Assembly: GCF_030144855.1 (NCBI RefSeq)
Contig: NC_082710.1
Location: 144,150,001-144,214,000 of the forward strand
Direction: 5' to 3'
Length of the DNA stretch: 64,000 bases
From: Hypanus sabinus
Taxonomy: Eukaryota
Shown: piece by piece, positions 22,835 through 34,275 of the stretch
Numbering within the stretch: the first letter of the stretch is position 1
How the letters are laid out: each line of letters opens with the position of its first letter
Position numbers and translations under genes: made by a program
The notes under the pieces: model-generated
What the model was told of the DNA's origin: nothing
What the model saw: only the letters and a program-made list of their open reading frames with translations
Databases searched by the model: none

Positions 22835-25691
22835 CATACAGCTGCAATAAAGTCAGCAGCTTTGTCGTATTGCACTGTGATCTGTCCTTTTGACGTGTAC
22901 CAGTTTTATTTGCTACAAAATAATGTTTGTTATGATATAATTTTGAGGAAAGTTGGAACGATTCTTTTGTTTATTTCTGACGAAAGTTGGAGGCGGAGGA
23001 AGTTCTTTGAAAAGCCCGGAGCAAGTAGTTGGACATGTTTCTTGGAATTGCCTGCACCTGCTACAAGTTTGTTAGAATTCAAAGGTGGATCAAGTACAAA
23101 TTGTCACAAGCCGAGGAGGAAGTCAGGTCGGATAAATCCAAGTATGACAAGATTAAGAGTGAGGCTGGCACAGAGAACGTGGACATGACAGGAGGGGAAG
23201 ACGATGGTGGTGGTGGTGATGTTGAGTTTATTGACTAGATTGAACTTGATGACACTGAGCCCAGTGAGCTGGATGGTGTCAAAGAGCCTCGAACTGTCAT
23301 ACCAGAAGTGATTGAACAACATGAAATTGGACTTCTGAAGTTTGAAGAGGATACTGGAAAAGCAATTCTGCCTGATGCGTTGAGAACAGAAATAATAAAG
23401 CTAGGTTCGAAGTACTTCCAGAACAGTGAGGGGCCTTACCTACCAACAAATAACCACTCAATGAGCAAAACTTGGTTCAAGTGGAAATTGGGAAATAGTC
23501 GTGGTGAGGAAGTGACTCGCTTATGGCGAGTCTATTCCTCTTCTAAAAAGTCCGCATTTTGTGTCTGTTGTCTTCTTTATTCTTGGTCAGACCATCAATT
23601 CTCATTGGAGCAGGATTGTGGATTCAACCAGTGGAAAGCACCTGAAAGGATTAGTGTTCGTGAAAATGCCAAGAATTATCGGGAATGTTTCACACAGTGG
23701 AACAAAATGGAAAGAAATTTAGCTGGAAACAGAGGAATTATTGACACGGTATTTCAGTCACAGATTGAGAAGGAAAAGCAGAAGTGCCATGATATCTTGA
23801 TGAGAATCCTTCACTGCATAAAATTCCTTGCGAGTCAGAACCTGGACACAGAGGACACAGGGAGTCACTTAAGCTAGACAATGACTCCAATGTGGGAAAT
23901 TTCCTTGGCTTGCTGAAACTACTGGCTATCTTTGACCCTGTCATAAAAGAACACCTCACTCGTTTGGAAAGTCATCCTGGATCCATGTCCTATCTTTCAC
24001 CGGGTGTTCAGGACGAATTTATCCACATGATGGTATCCACTGTTTGCCAGTTTCCTGAGAAGCATTCGTAAAGCCAAGTACGAGTCTCATGTTCGACTCG
24101 ACTCCTGATCAGGCACACTGTGAGCAGATGTCAGAAGTAGTGAAGTGTGTGGAAGTTGATTTTGAGAGGAAAACAGTCCGTGTTAGAGAGTCCTCCTTTG
24201 ATTTTATCCAGATAAGCCAGAAGGATGCTGAGACCTTGGTTGAAGACATCTTGAAACAGCTAGAGAAGGACGAAATGGAGCTACAAGATTGTCGGTATGA
24301 CAACACTGCTGTGGTGGTTGGACACAAAAGTAGTGTTCATCAAAGAATAAGTGAGAAGAACGACCTAGCAGCATTTGTGAATTGTGACAATCACTCACTC
24401 AACTTGGTGGCTGTACATGCAGCCAAGCAGGATACAATGATGGTCACGTTTTTTGGAACCGACGAAGCTCTCTACTTGTTTTCCTCTCATTCAACACATT
24501 CAAAAATGCCGTGCCTGTGGTTGTTAAGTCAGAGTCCGAAACCAGGTGGAGTGCAAGGACAGAAGCAGTGAAGCCTGTCAACAAGTACCTTGAGGAGATA
24601 CTTCAAGTTCTCCAGGACATGATAGACAATGAAAACGAGACCAGAGAAACAAGAAGTGATGCAAGGCAGCTGTACAACCACATGTTGAGTTATGATTTTC
24701 TGATTTTGCTAGGATTTTGGAACGAAGTACTCATTCGCATTGACGGTATTCAAAAGAGGCTGCAGGATCCTAGCATGAACTTCCACGATGCTGCCCTGGA
24801 TTTGAAAGCCCTCCGAGATCATTTTTACAATGAAAGAGAAGTGTTGGTCAGTGAGTCACTCGAGGAAGGAGTCAGTCTTTGTCAAGAATGGAATATTGAA
24901 GTTGAAAGATGTCAGAGACGAAAGAAACAAATGCCTGATGAGAACTTGTGAGATGGTGGGTTAACAACTAAGGAGGAAATGGAAAGAGTCATGAAGGGAA
25001 CACTCAACCATCTTCACAGAGAAATGGATGAAAGGTTTGCACAACACTGATGCCAAGTTTGGGTTCCTTCTTGATGTCGAGGGACTGTGTTACAGCGCCA
25101 ACAGTAATGACCTAAAGAAGAAGTGCGAAAATTTGGACGAATTGTACAGCTTTGATGTTGATGGACAGCAGCTATATGAAGAAATTTTGGATTGTAGAAT
25201 GTTGCTATCAAGGCAGGTCAATATGAAAATATCAAGACCTGAAGAGCTTCTTGAATTTATTCTTCAGTGTAGTGATGAGAGCGTCTTCCCCAATCTTCGC
25301 ATTGCTATTCAGATAATGCTAACCATCGCAGTTTCCATCGCCAGCTGTGAGAGATCATTCAGCAAGTTAAAACTAATACTTTCACATTTGAGAGCCTCTA
25401 TGGGTCAAGGCAGACTCTGTGATCTTGCTCTGCTGAGTGTAAAAAGAGAAGAAACTGAAAAAACTGACTTTGATCACATCATAGACCAATTTGCATCAGT
25501 GAAAGCAAGGAAGGTGCAGTTATAATTTTAATGGAGTGCCATGATTTGTTAACTAAAAGGTTAACGAGCTTGACTTGTATTTTTGAGCTGATATTATGGT
25601 AAAGTTATCTAAAAGATGGGTGTCAGATGTTTGGACAGGGTCACAATTTCAGTGCTTGACAAAGGCACTATTTTCCGTAGATACGCCCCTG
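22835..25691 (+). mobile_element. Decayed autonomous hAT DNA transposon (ZMYM1-like transposase: TTF zinc finger, DUF4371-type core, hAT dimerisation domain)
   Basis: Collinear ORFs 23308-23877 (YSSSKKSAFCVCCLLY), 24089-24571 (MFDSTPD..EQMS; CDNHSLNL), 24511-24951 (SETRWSAR), 25028-25525 (FPNLRIAIQIMLTIAVSIASCERSFSKLKLI); right TIR ...GTAGATACGCCCCTG ends 25691; left TIR not found. Confidence 0.92.
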
Positions 25692-25909
25692 TCGGGACCA
25701 GTACATTTTGGCCCAGTTAAGCGGCTGTTCCAATTAGCCAACGTTTTAGCCGAAAAAGTGGGAAAAAAAGACAAACTGTGTAACAAATTATGCATTTAAA
25801 TGAAATGCAGAACAAGTTAGAACACTACCACTACCTCTGCAGTACTAGAAAACTGTATTAGCTCTTCAATCACAAACAAGAGAAAATCTGCAGATACTGG
25901 AAATCCAAG

Positions 25910-26613
25910 TGTAGCCTCTGTGCCCCTAGTTGACCATTCACCTAGGGTGAACCGCCGTCGCCCTGCCAGTAGTGCAAAACTTCAGTGTAAATACGGTGTA
26001 ATGCCCACCTCAGTACACGCTCACAATACAAATACCAGACAATACCCAAAAGCGAGTAAATAGTTGCAACTTTATAGTGATTTCTTAGTGATGGGTTAAT
26101 AGAAACAGATAACCTTACAGCGCCAAAGTAACAATAAGTTTGTCAGTTTGTGCACATATTTTAAAAGGTTGGAGATCACGCTTCCGGTTCTTTCCACAAC
26201 AACCTTCCGAGCCTTCGGCCACCGTCCGAACTGGCAATGTCCAGTATCTGTCACTCTGGAACCGCTGCCCACTCCACACACGTTCGTCCTCCTTGCTTTC
26301 AATAGACAATAGACAATAGGTGCAGAAATAGACCATTCGGCCCCTCGAGTCTGCACCGCCATTCTGAGATCATGGCTGATCATTCACTATCAATACCCAG
26401 TCCCTGCCTTGTCCCCATATCCCAAAAAAGACCGCAAACTCCCGCTCAGCTTACACAGACAAGATAGCATAACAATTCTCCATTGGTTATTTTCCCCCTT
26501 ATCATTAGCCATAACCCAAACATACCAGACACAAAATCCCATTATAGCATTACAGAGAAGCCATTTTGTTAGCCTGAACAGTTAACACCACGGTTACTGG
26601 TACTGACCCCACA
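25910..26613 (-). mobile_element. Solo LTR, probably Gypsy-type (~580 bp plus nested CR1 tail)
   Basis: TGT...ACA termini; interrupts the otherwise contiguous motif ggaaatccaag|caacacac; imperfect CAAG/CA-G TSD. Confidence 0.7.
26301..26423 (-). mobile_element. CR1 3' tail nested in the solo LTR
   Basis: (aatagac)n tail plus gaccattcggcccctcgagtctgcaccgcc...tccccatatccc; similar to 57425-57544 reversed. Confidence 0.85.
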
Positions 26614-27696
26614 CAGCAACACACATAAAATGCTGGAGGAACTCAGCAGGCCAGGCAGCATCTATGGAAAGGGGTACAGTCGATGTTTTGGGTGGCACCC
26701 TTTGGCAGGACTGAAGAAAAAAAGCTGAGGAGTAGATTTAAAAGGTGGGGGAGGACAGAGAGAAACACAAGGTGATAGGTAAAAGCTCAAGAGGGAAGGA
26801 TGAAGTAAAGAGCTGGGAAGCTGATTGGTGAAAACGATACAGGGCTGGAGAAGGGGAGGTCTGATAGAAGAGGACAGAAGGCAATTGGATTTCCAGCATC
26901 TGCAGATTTTCTCTTATTTGTGATTGGATTACTACACTGCAAAGTCTTTTCCAGGGATGCCAACCTTGAAGAAGTTTTAAGTCTTCCCTTTGAGGGAAGT
27001 TCAGTGAAACCCTCTCTCACTGCTCCCCCTCTGTGATCCCTGCGACCATCCGACTCTTCGATCATGTGCTCACCCAGTCCCGCTACTACAGCCATGTATT
27101 GTTTCTGGGAACATGTCTTCACCGCCAGCTTGTACCACACAATTTCCAGATTCATTTTCAAGTTCTCAAACTTGCGGTAATGCCCCCCCTTCACCATTCC
27201 CCATCCCTTTTTCCCTCTCACACCTCCTTGCCCACCCATCACCTCCCTCTGGTGCTCCTCTCCACTTTTCTTTCTTCCATGGCCTTCTATCCTCTTCTAT
27301 CAGACTCGCCCCTTCTTCAGCCCTGTATCCCTTCCACCAATCAACTTCCCAGCTCTTTACTTCATCCATCCCCCTTCAGGTTTCACTTAACACCTACTGT
27401 TTCTCTCGCTCCTTCCCCTCTTTTTAAATCTACTCCTCAGCCTTTTTTCTCCAGTCCTGCTGAAGGGTCTTGGCCCAAAACATCGACTGTACTCTCTTTC
27501 ATAAATGCTACCTGGCCTGCTGAGTTCCTCCAGCATTTTGTGTGTGCTCCCTGTAGAAGTTAATAGTTATTGATGGAGGAATTAATCCAGGTCGCATTCT
27601 TTTGACTTTAAATGAACAAAATCAGCAGATGTCTAGTGTCAATGATGAGCAGGCTTCATACAATGTTTTCGACGATTGCATTCTCCAAATCTTCAT

Positions 27697-27770
27697 TTTT
27701 ATTGTAACATTCAAGATTCTTCATAGTTTCTAATTTTATTGTAACATTCAAGATTTTTCATAGTTTCTAA
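27697..27770. repeat. 37-bp tandem duplication
   Basis: ttttattgtaacattcaagatt(c/t)ttcatagtttctaa x2, 1 mismatch. Confidence 0.9.
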
Positions 27771-28365
27771 TTTTTTTGAGGTCATGGAATTGTTTCATTT
27801 TCACTCCTGGCCATTTCCTGCATTTCCAAGCCTGAATGTTCGAAACAGCAATGAGCAAGTCAGTTCTGAATTGTCTAGCTGCCTATTTCTTGCCAATTAT
27901 TAGCGACAAAGATCACTGCTTTTTGAACACAAAGAGGTGCAATTGATATTGTTTCAAAAACTGTTCGCTTATAACAGTGTGTCTAACAGCCACACAAGTG
28001 CATATGACTGTTGCTAGTTGGAAATTGTTTGACAACAGTCTCCTGCCCCAATTAAGTGACATAGGATAAACAAATAAACAAAGGGAATCCCTGCTATTTT
28101 CCCGATTAGTTTTTCTTCTTTGAGTTGTCCCAAATAAATCGCTGCCCCAATTAACTGATGGCCCAATTTACCAGAATCCACTGTATGACTGAATCTACAG
28201 CTTACTCTGTGGGAATCACTCAAGTAAAGAATTTCATTGCACCCTGGTGTATGTGATCTGAGCTTAGTTTACAAACGGGTAGGAGTGAGGCTGTGAGGGA
28301 AGTATGTCATCCAACTATGTTCTTGGATATAATTTTTTAATATACTTATTCTTTTATCGTTTCAG

Positions 28366-28537
28366 GACTATCACTGGCAGTGGCGATCATTCCTAACCAG
28401 TGGATTTACAGCAATCTATTTTTTGATCTATGCAATCCATTACTTCTATTCCAAATTGCAGATAACGGGAACTGCCAGCATCATTCTGTACTTTGGTTAC
28501 ACAATGATAATGGCATTGATCTTCTTCCTATTCACAG
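28366..28537 (+). CDS. TM9SF2: TM9SF2 exon (172 nt), DYHWQWRSFLTSGFTAIYFLIYAIHYFYSKLQITGTASIILYFGYTMIMALIFFLFT
   Basis: tttcAG / CAG|GTAAGC; DYHWQWRSF is the TM9SF2-type wording of this motif. Confidence 0.97.
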
Positions 28538-28859
28538 GTAAGCTGTTCATAACAATCCTGTCCAGTTTAGTATTTATCTTTTTTTTAATGTGGCACTTTA
28601 TAAAGTTTCTTCTGTCTTTTCCTTCGTTGCCTTTAGCTACTTTACTGAGATGACATGTAGATTTTAATCTCTTCTAACCAGCATAGGGAATGGAAATTGT
28701 ATCATCCTAAATCAGAACCTTAAACTGGTATTATCACAAAATTCATTTAAGTTTTAATTAAAATTGTGATATTATCAGAGCATAGCCAATATAAGTTACC
28801 AACCACAGAGATATGGGGCCAACAGAACACAAGATGAGTTACGACAGAGTTTTTGGATG

Positions 28860-29125
28860 GTCAAAGGCACACCGAGTAGAACTGTTTAATTTGGACCTCT
28901 GGTGCTGTCTGTGTGGCATTTGCATGTTCTCCCTATGGTTTGCACATTTCTGGTGCCCTGGTTCTTCCAGAGACACAAAGTTGGAAGGTGAGTTGGCCAC
29001 TATAAACTTCCCCTTGGTGTCTAGGTGAGTGGTAGAAGGTAGGATAGTTGATGTGAATGAGTGGAAATTTTTGAAAAATTATAAGTTGGTATTTGAGTTG
29101 GCTGATGAGCCTGTTTCTGTACAAC
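28860..29125 (+). mobile_element. V-domain SINE, decayed
   Basis: ggtgctgtctgtgtggcatttgcatgttctcc. Confidence 0.65.
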
Positions 29126-29844
29126 CTTGATTGGATGATCTTGTCTCCATTTTCTTCCTCAACAATTAAGTTTTGAGCTTATAAATGGGGAAAATAGAAT
29201 AACTATTTATGGTTAGTTGTTCATATCTGGAAGATATCCAGAAGAGTTTTGCAATATTTCAGTTTCTAAGGGGAAATCTTGAGTGACAAATCTGTTGGAG
29301 TCCTTTGAGGAAATAGCATGCAGAATAGACAAAGCATAGTCAGTGAACTTGCGTCTAAGTCCTTCATTGATGTTACTTAATATTGAACTGTAGAGAGAAA
29401 CTGTTTGTGCACTCAGTCCAGCCCAATGTATGGCTTTCCCAAAAGTGCTTGAAAATTCCAACACTCTTGTGCTGCGGGGTCAAATCACATTTGGGTTTGC
29501 ATGGAGGAAGTTGTGAGCAATTAAACACCTTGGGAACTTGGTTTTCTTGTAGATCCACAGGGAACTGATTGTTGCTTGCAGAATGTGGACTTTTTATGAA
29601 CAGCTGGTGTGTTAACAGCTTAGGTTGGATTTGGAGAGTCAGAAATCACAGCTAATGTCTATTTCCTTACTCCTTTGAGCATTCTTGGTACGTGAAGATC
29701 TGGATATAGAGGCCTCCCAACAGAATGTGTTGTCATAGGAGAATCCTTTTAACTTAAGTGAGTGATGAGCCTTGTCATGTGCTTCTGAAAAGAAGAAGGT
29801 TCCTACAGTGTTGCTGCCCTGTATATGTTTGGGGATGATAGGGC

Positions 29845-31737
29845 AGAGCAGAGATGGCTGAAGTTTCTGGGAATAGTTCAGAAAGCGCAGGATAAATATG
29901 TCTCATAGAGGAAGAAGTTCTCAAATGGCAGGGGTAGGCAACCGTGGCTGACAAAGGAAGTTAAGGACTGCATAAGTGACAAGGAAAGGCCATATAAATT
30001 AGCAAAAGTGAGTGGGAAGTTGGATGATTGGGAAACTTTTAAAATCCAACAAAAGGCAACTTTCAAAAAAATATATAAATATGAGGGCAGACTAGTCAAT
30101 AAAATCAAACAGGATACCAAAAGTTTTTTCAGTTATTTTAAGAATAAAAGGGAGCTGAGAGTTGATATTGGACCACTGTAAAATTATGCTAGTGAGGTAG
30201 TAATGGGGGACAAAGAAACAGCAGATGTACTTAATGGGTACTTTGCATCTGTCTTCACTATGGAAGACACTAGCTGTGCGCCAGAGATTTGTGAGTGTCA
30301 GGGAGCAGGAGTGAGTGCCATTGCTATTACAAAGGAAAATGTTTGGACCACATGAACTACATCCCAGAGTCCTGAGGGAGGTTGTTGAAGAGCTAACGAA
30401 TGCGTTGATCGTGATCTTTCAAGAATCACTTGATTCTGGCATGGTCCCGTAGGACTGGAAGATTGCAAATGTCACTCCAGTCTTTAATAAGGGAGGAAGA
30501 CAAAAGAGAGGAAGTTATAGGCCAGTTAGACACACCTCAATGGTTGGGAAAGTGCTGGAGTCTACTATTAAGGATGAGATTTCAGGATACTTGTAAACTC
30601 ATGATAAAATAAGTCAAAGTCAGTATGGTTTCCACAAAGTGAAATTTTGCCTGACAAATCTGTTAGAGATCTTCAAGGAATTAAAAAGCAGGGTGGACAA
30701 AGGAGAGGCAAGATAAAATTCTATGGCACTACAGGAAAGATACTGGCATGGATAGTGGAGTGGCTAACAGGCAGGAGGCAACGAGTGGAAATAAAAGGGG
30801 CCTTTTCTGGTTGGCTGTTTGCCTGCAGAATGTGGGCTGTTTATGAGCAGCTGGTGTGTTATCAGCTTAGGTTGGATTTGGAGAGTCCTCAGAGGTCAGT
30901 ATTGGGACTGGCGTTTTTCACATTGCTTGTCAGTGATTTAGATAATGGAATTGATAGCTTTTTGGCAAAGTTTGCAGATGATATGAAAATAGGTGAAGGG
31001 ATAGGTAGTGCTGAGGAAGCAATGCAATTGCAGCTGGACTTAAACAAATTAAAAGAATGGGCGAAAAAGTGACAGATGGAACGCAGCATTTGAAAATCTA
31101 TGATAATGCATTTTGGTAAAAGGGACAATAGTGCAGACTATTATCTAAATGGGGAGAAGGTTCAAACATCAGAGGTGCAGAGGGACTTCTCCCCATTTAG
31201 GTAATAGTCCACACTGTTGTTCCTTTTACCAAAATGCATTATCATACATTTCCCAACACTGTTTTCCCATATCTCAGAAACAATGTGTTGTCATTGGAGA
31301 GAGTCCAGAGGAGGTTCACGAGGATGATTCCGGATATGAAGGGGTTAACTCATGGGGAGCATTTAGCAGCTTTGGGCCTGTACTCAGTGAAATTTTGAAG
31401 AACGCAGGGGTAATCTTATTGAAAGCTATTGAATGTTGAAGTGGATGTGGAGAGGATGTTTCCTATGGTGGGGCTATCCAGGACTAGAGGCACAGCCTCA
31501 AAATTGAGGGGCAACCCTTTAGAACAGAGGTAAGGAGGATCTTTTTTAGTGAATCTGTGGAATGCCCTGCCACAGACTACAGTGGAGACCAAGTCCATGT
31601 GTGTATTTAAGGTGGAAGTTGATCGCTTCCTGATCGGTCACAGCATCAAAGGATATGGCGAGACGACCAGTGTATGGGGTTGAGTGAGATCTGGGATCAG
31701 CCATGATGGAATGGTGTAATTCTGCTCCCATGTCTTA
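29845..31737 (+). mobile_element. CR1 LINE, internally deleted and rearranged ORF2
   Basis: WLTGRRQRVEIKGAFSGW, FADDMKIG, TRGTASKL.G.PF; tail gatcagccatgat...tctgctcccatgtctt. Confidence 0.9.
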
Positions 31738-31879
31738 AAAAGCAGGAATAGGAGTGCTCTGTACACCCCCTTCTCCCCTCCTGCCCCCCGCCCTTTAATT
31801 CAGGCATTTAGAGGGAACCCCAGATTTAACATAGTCTGTTAACTATCTGTTAGGAAACCTGTGAATGAAATCCACCCAG

Positions 31880-32160
31880 TGAATAGATTTTCAAAGGGTT
31901 GGGGATGAGAGGACACAGGTTTAACGTGAGAAGGGAGAAATTTAATAGGAACCTGAGGGGCTGTTTTTTCACCTGGAGGGTGGTTGGTAAACTGAACAAG
32001 CTGCTGGAGACTGTGTTGAGGCAGGTACATTAACAGCTTTTTGAACAGGTACAGAGATCACAAAGATTTAATGGACAAATGAGACCAGCTGAAATGGGCA
32101 TTGTGGTTGGCATGGACAAGTTGGGCTGAAGGTCCTGTTTCCATGCTGTGAAGCTCTAAG
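31880..32160 (+). mobile_element. CR1 3' end
   Basis: agaggacacaggtttaacgtgagaagggagaaatttaataggaacctgagggg; gggctgaaggtcctgtttccatgctgt. Confidence 0.75.
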
Positions 32161-32688
32161 ACAGCTGGTTTCTATTCAAGGTCCAGTCCGCTGACTGACA
32201 TAATGATTCAGGGATATGGAAAAACTGAGGATAATTCTACAGTTCCATTCTTGTACCTGACAGTGCACAAGCCTGTGTCACAAATACTCTACATATGTTT
32301 GCTCAGCTAAGAAGAAAAGACAGATTTAAGAACCGTTCAATGCTGTGGTTTGTGGAGGTGTCCTGCTGTTCAGTCAGTGATTTACTTGCTGTAGGCACCA
32401 GCACTCTTGTTGCATTCCAGGTCATTGGTCAACCTCAGCAGGCAGAATGCCACTAGCTGCAAGTTAGATCTCTTTGATTCACAGCTGGGTTGTGGCAAGG
32501 TATCATGAGCAATGTGCTGGTAAAACATCAGTGGTCTTGAAGAACATGGAAATTATATCATTTATTTTTCTTGGCCCAAGTCACCTGCAGGATATAAATA
32601 TCAAATCACTAATAAATTTAAGCAGTATTATATATCTAAGTATTAATGATGTCTGCTAACAGCTTATTTTATCTATATTTTCTTCTAG

Positions 32689-32756
32689 GAACTATTGGAT
32701 TTTTTGCATGTTTCTGTTTTGTGACCAAGATCTACAGTGTTGTCAAGGTGGATTAA
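32689..32756 (+). CDS. TM9SF2: TM9SF2 last coding exon (68 nt), GTIGFFACFCFVTKIYSVVKVD*
   Basis: ttttcttctAG acceptor, TAA at 32754-32756; C-terminal KxD Golgi-retention motif. Confidence 0.97.
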
Positions 32757-34275
32757 TGGAACAGCATTTTGGGGAAATGTGCTTATGTTTAATTGAACTG
32801 GTGTTTACCAAGATGATTTGATAACCAGCAGATGGGCATCTGTTCACTGAGAAGAGCTGTTGTACAGAATACTGTTGCAGGGTTTATTTCAGATTCTAAA
32901 CTTATTAGGCTAAAATCAGTTTTGAGCAATTGGACTAATATTTGGTTTTGGGGTGAAATCTCCCATTCACCTTTTATGTTGAATCAGATTTGAATCTGTT
33001 GCCTGTTTATTTATTGTGCTTCAGTTTCTAACAATGACTTTGAGAGGTAAGTATGAAACAATAACGCTTCAGTAAATTGTACAAACTTTCTACTTGGAAT
33101 GAAGATTGCTGATATTCAAGGAAGCAAAAGTTGAGAAAAATACACTAACTGTCTGGTTTCAAATTGTTTAGCCTGGAATCTATTTTGTAATTATTTTTCC
33201 CCTTATTTTCCTCTTTCTTAATTAATTTGTTTGAAGTACTGCACAACATATTTAAATTTGTGGCTAGTTACGTCTAAGTGACTTTCCTCCTTTAATACCA
33301 GAGAATGGTGCTTCATTTAAACATTATTCTCCAGGGTACAATTTCAACAGCATTATTTACCAAGCTTTTTTTAAATAATTTATTAGTGTTCTGATACTAA
33401 CACTGCTGTATAGTCATTATTGGCTGTCACATCACCATAAGATAAAGGTGAAAAGTACCTAGGTGCCCAATAATATATTTATATAGTGTTTAACCTAGAA
33501 TGGATTATCGAATGATTTGAAGGCCCAGGTTGTCCTGACCTGCTTCATTGATCACTGTACTTCCCACCTTTCTCACTGCTATCTTGTTTTTGTTCTGTTC
33601 TATTACTGAAATACCTAACTTAATGAAAAATAGATTCTTTGCCTAACTCCCTGCAGTCTTGTTTCAACTGTTTCTTTTTTGCAAACTTGTGATTTCACTT
33701 CAAAGCTGTGTTCCCAATTTGCAGTTTTGAATGTGTCACCCTCTGGTGCAGAAAGAAGATGTAAAGATTTTTATTAAAAGGAAGAAATAAATTTTACTAA
33801 ATATAGGAGTGGAAATGTCAGGTGGAATGCTGAATAGAATTGTGAAAATCTAAAGTATTTTTTGCATTTCTTATTGTTTGCTAGTTTTTACGTTATGTTC
33901 CATGCACTTAATACTACAGAAATATATTAAGAGGATTAATTTTGTTCATTGGGTGGTCTGAAATCTGATGGTAATGGCTTACTTTATTGACTCTGACCCC
34001 TTTTTGATGGTTATCTGAAGATTTTATTTGGGAATATTTTTAATGTAAATAATATTTTCTATGACAAGGCAGTGGTCATTTATGAAGAATAATTTAAATA
34101 TGATTGAAGAATGTTATGCTGGGTTATTTGTTAATGATATACTTTTTAGTGGGTGTTGGATACTGTATATTTTTAATTATTTTGGATGACTAAAACTAAT
34201 GCTGAATCATTCAGATTTCAAATGTACAACCTCTTGTTAAATAAACTTTGTAAAGAAAAACTGCCTAATTGCCTT
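32757..34275 (+). other. TM9SF2: TM9SF2 3'UTR (end approximate)
   Basis: AT-rich, no recognisable repeat, runs from the stop codon to candidate poly(A) signals. Confidence 0.6.
34240..34245 (+). terminator. Candidate polyadenylation signal AATAAA (alternatives ATTAAA 33773, AATAAA 33786)
   Basis: AATAAA preceded by a TGTA element ~17 nt upstream; repeats resume after ~34.3 kb. Confidence 0.55.

Larger units (their letters stand above)
25866..27546. mobile_element. Penelope-derived element with inverted ~260-bp arms (26621-26882 and 27282-27545), split by an LTR
   Basis: Arms are reverse complements; 26886-26927 is also an inverted copy of 25866-25908. Confidence 0.8.
25692..28183. mobile_element. 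Tigger-like non-autonomous element (pieces 25692-25865 and ~27555-28183) hosting nested insertions
   Basis: Right end ggcccaatttaccagaatccactg|TA; subterminal (c)ccaattaa repeats at both ends; left TIR missing. Confidence 0.7.

Noticed and set aside
23308-25525. ZMYM1-like host gene nested in TM9SF2
   Set aside because: Multiple frameshifts and stops, no splice signals bridging them, and a terminal TIR: a transposon fossil
836-32756. Assignment to the TM9SF2-like paralogue (TM9SF5) or a pseudogene
   Set aside because: YVAARFYK, LWGEGSS, DYHWQWRSF and FVTKIYSVVKVD match TM9SF2 as recalled; all 11 exons are in frame with canonical splice sites. A phylogeny would be decisive.
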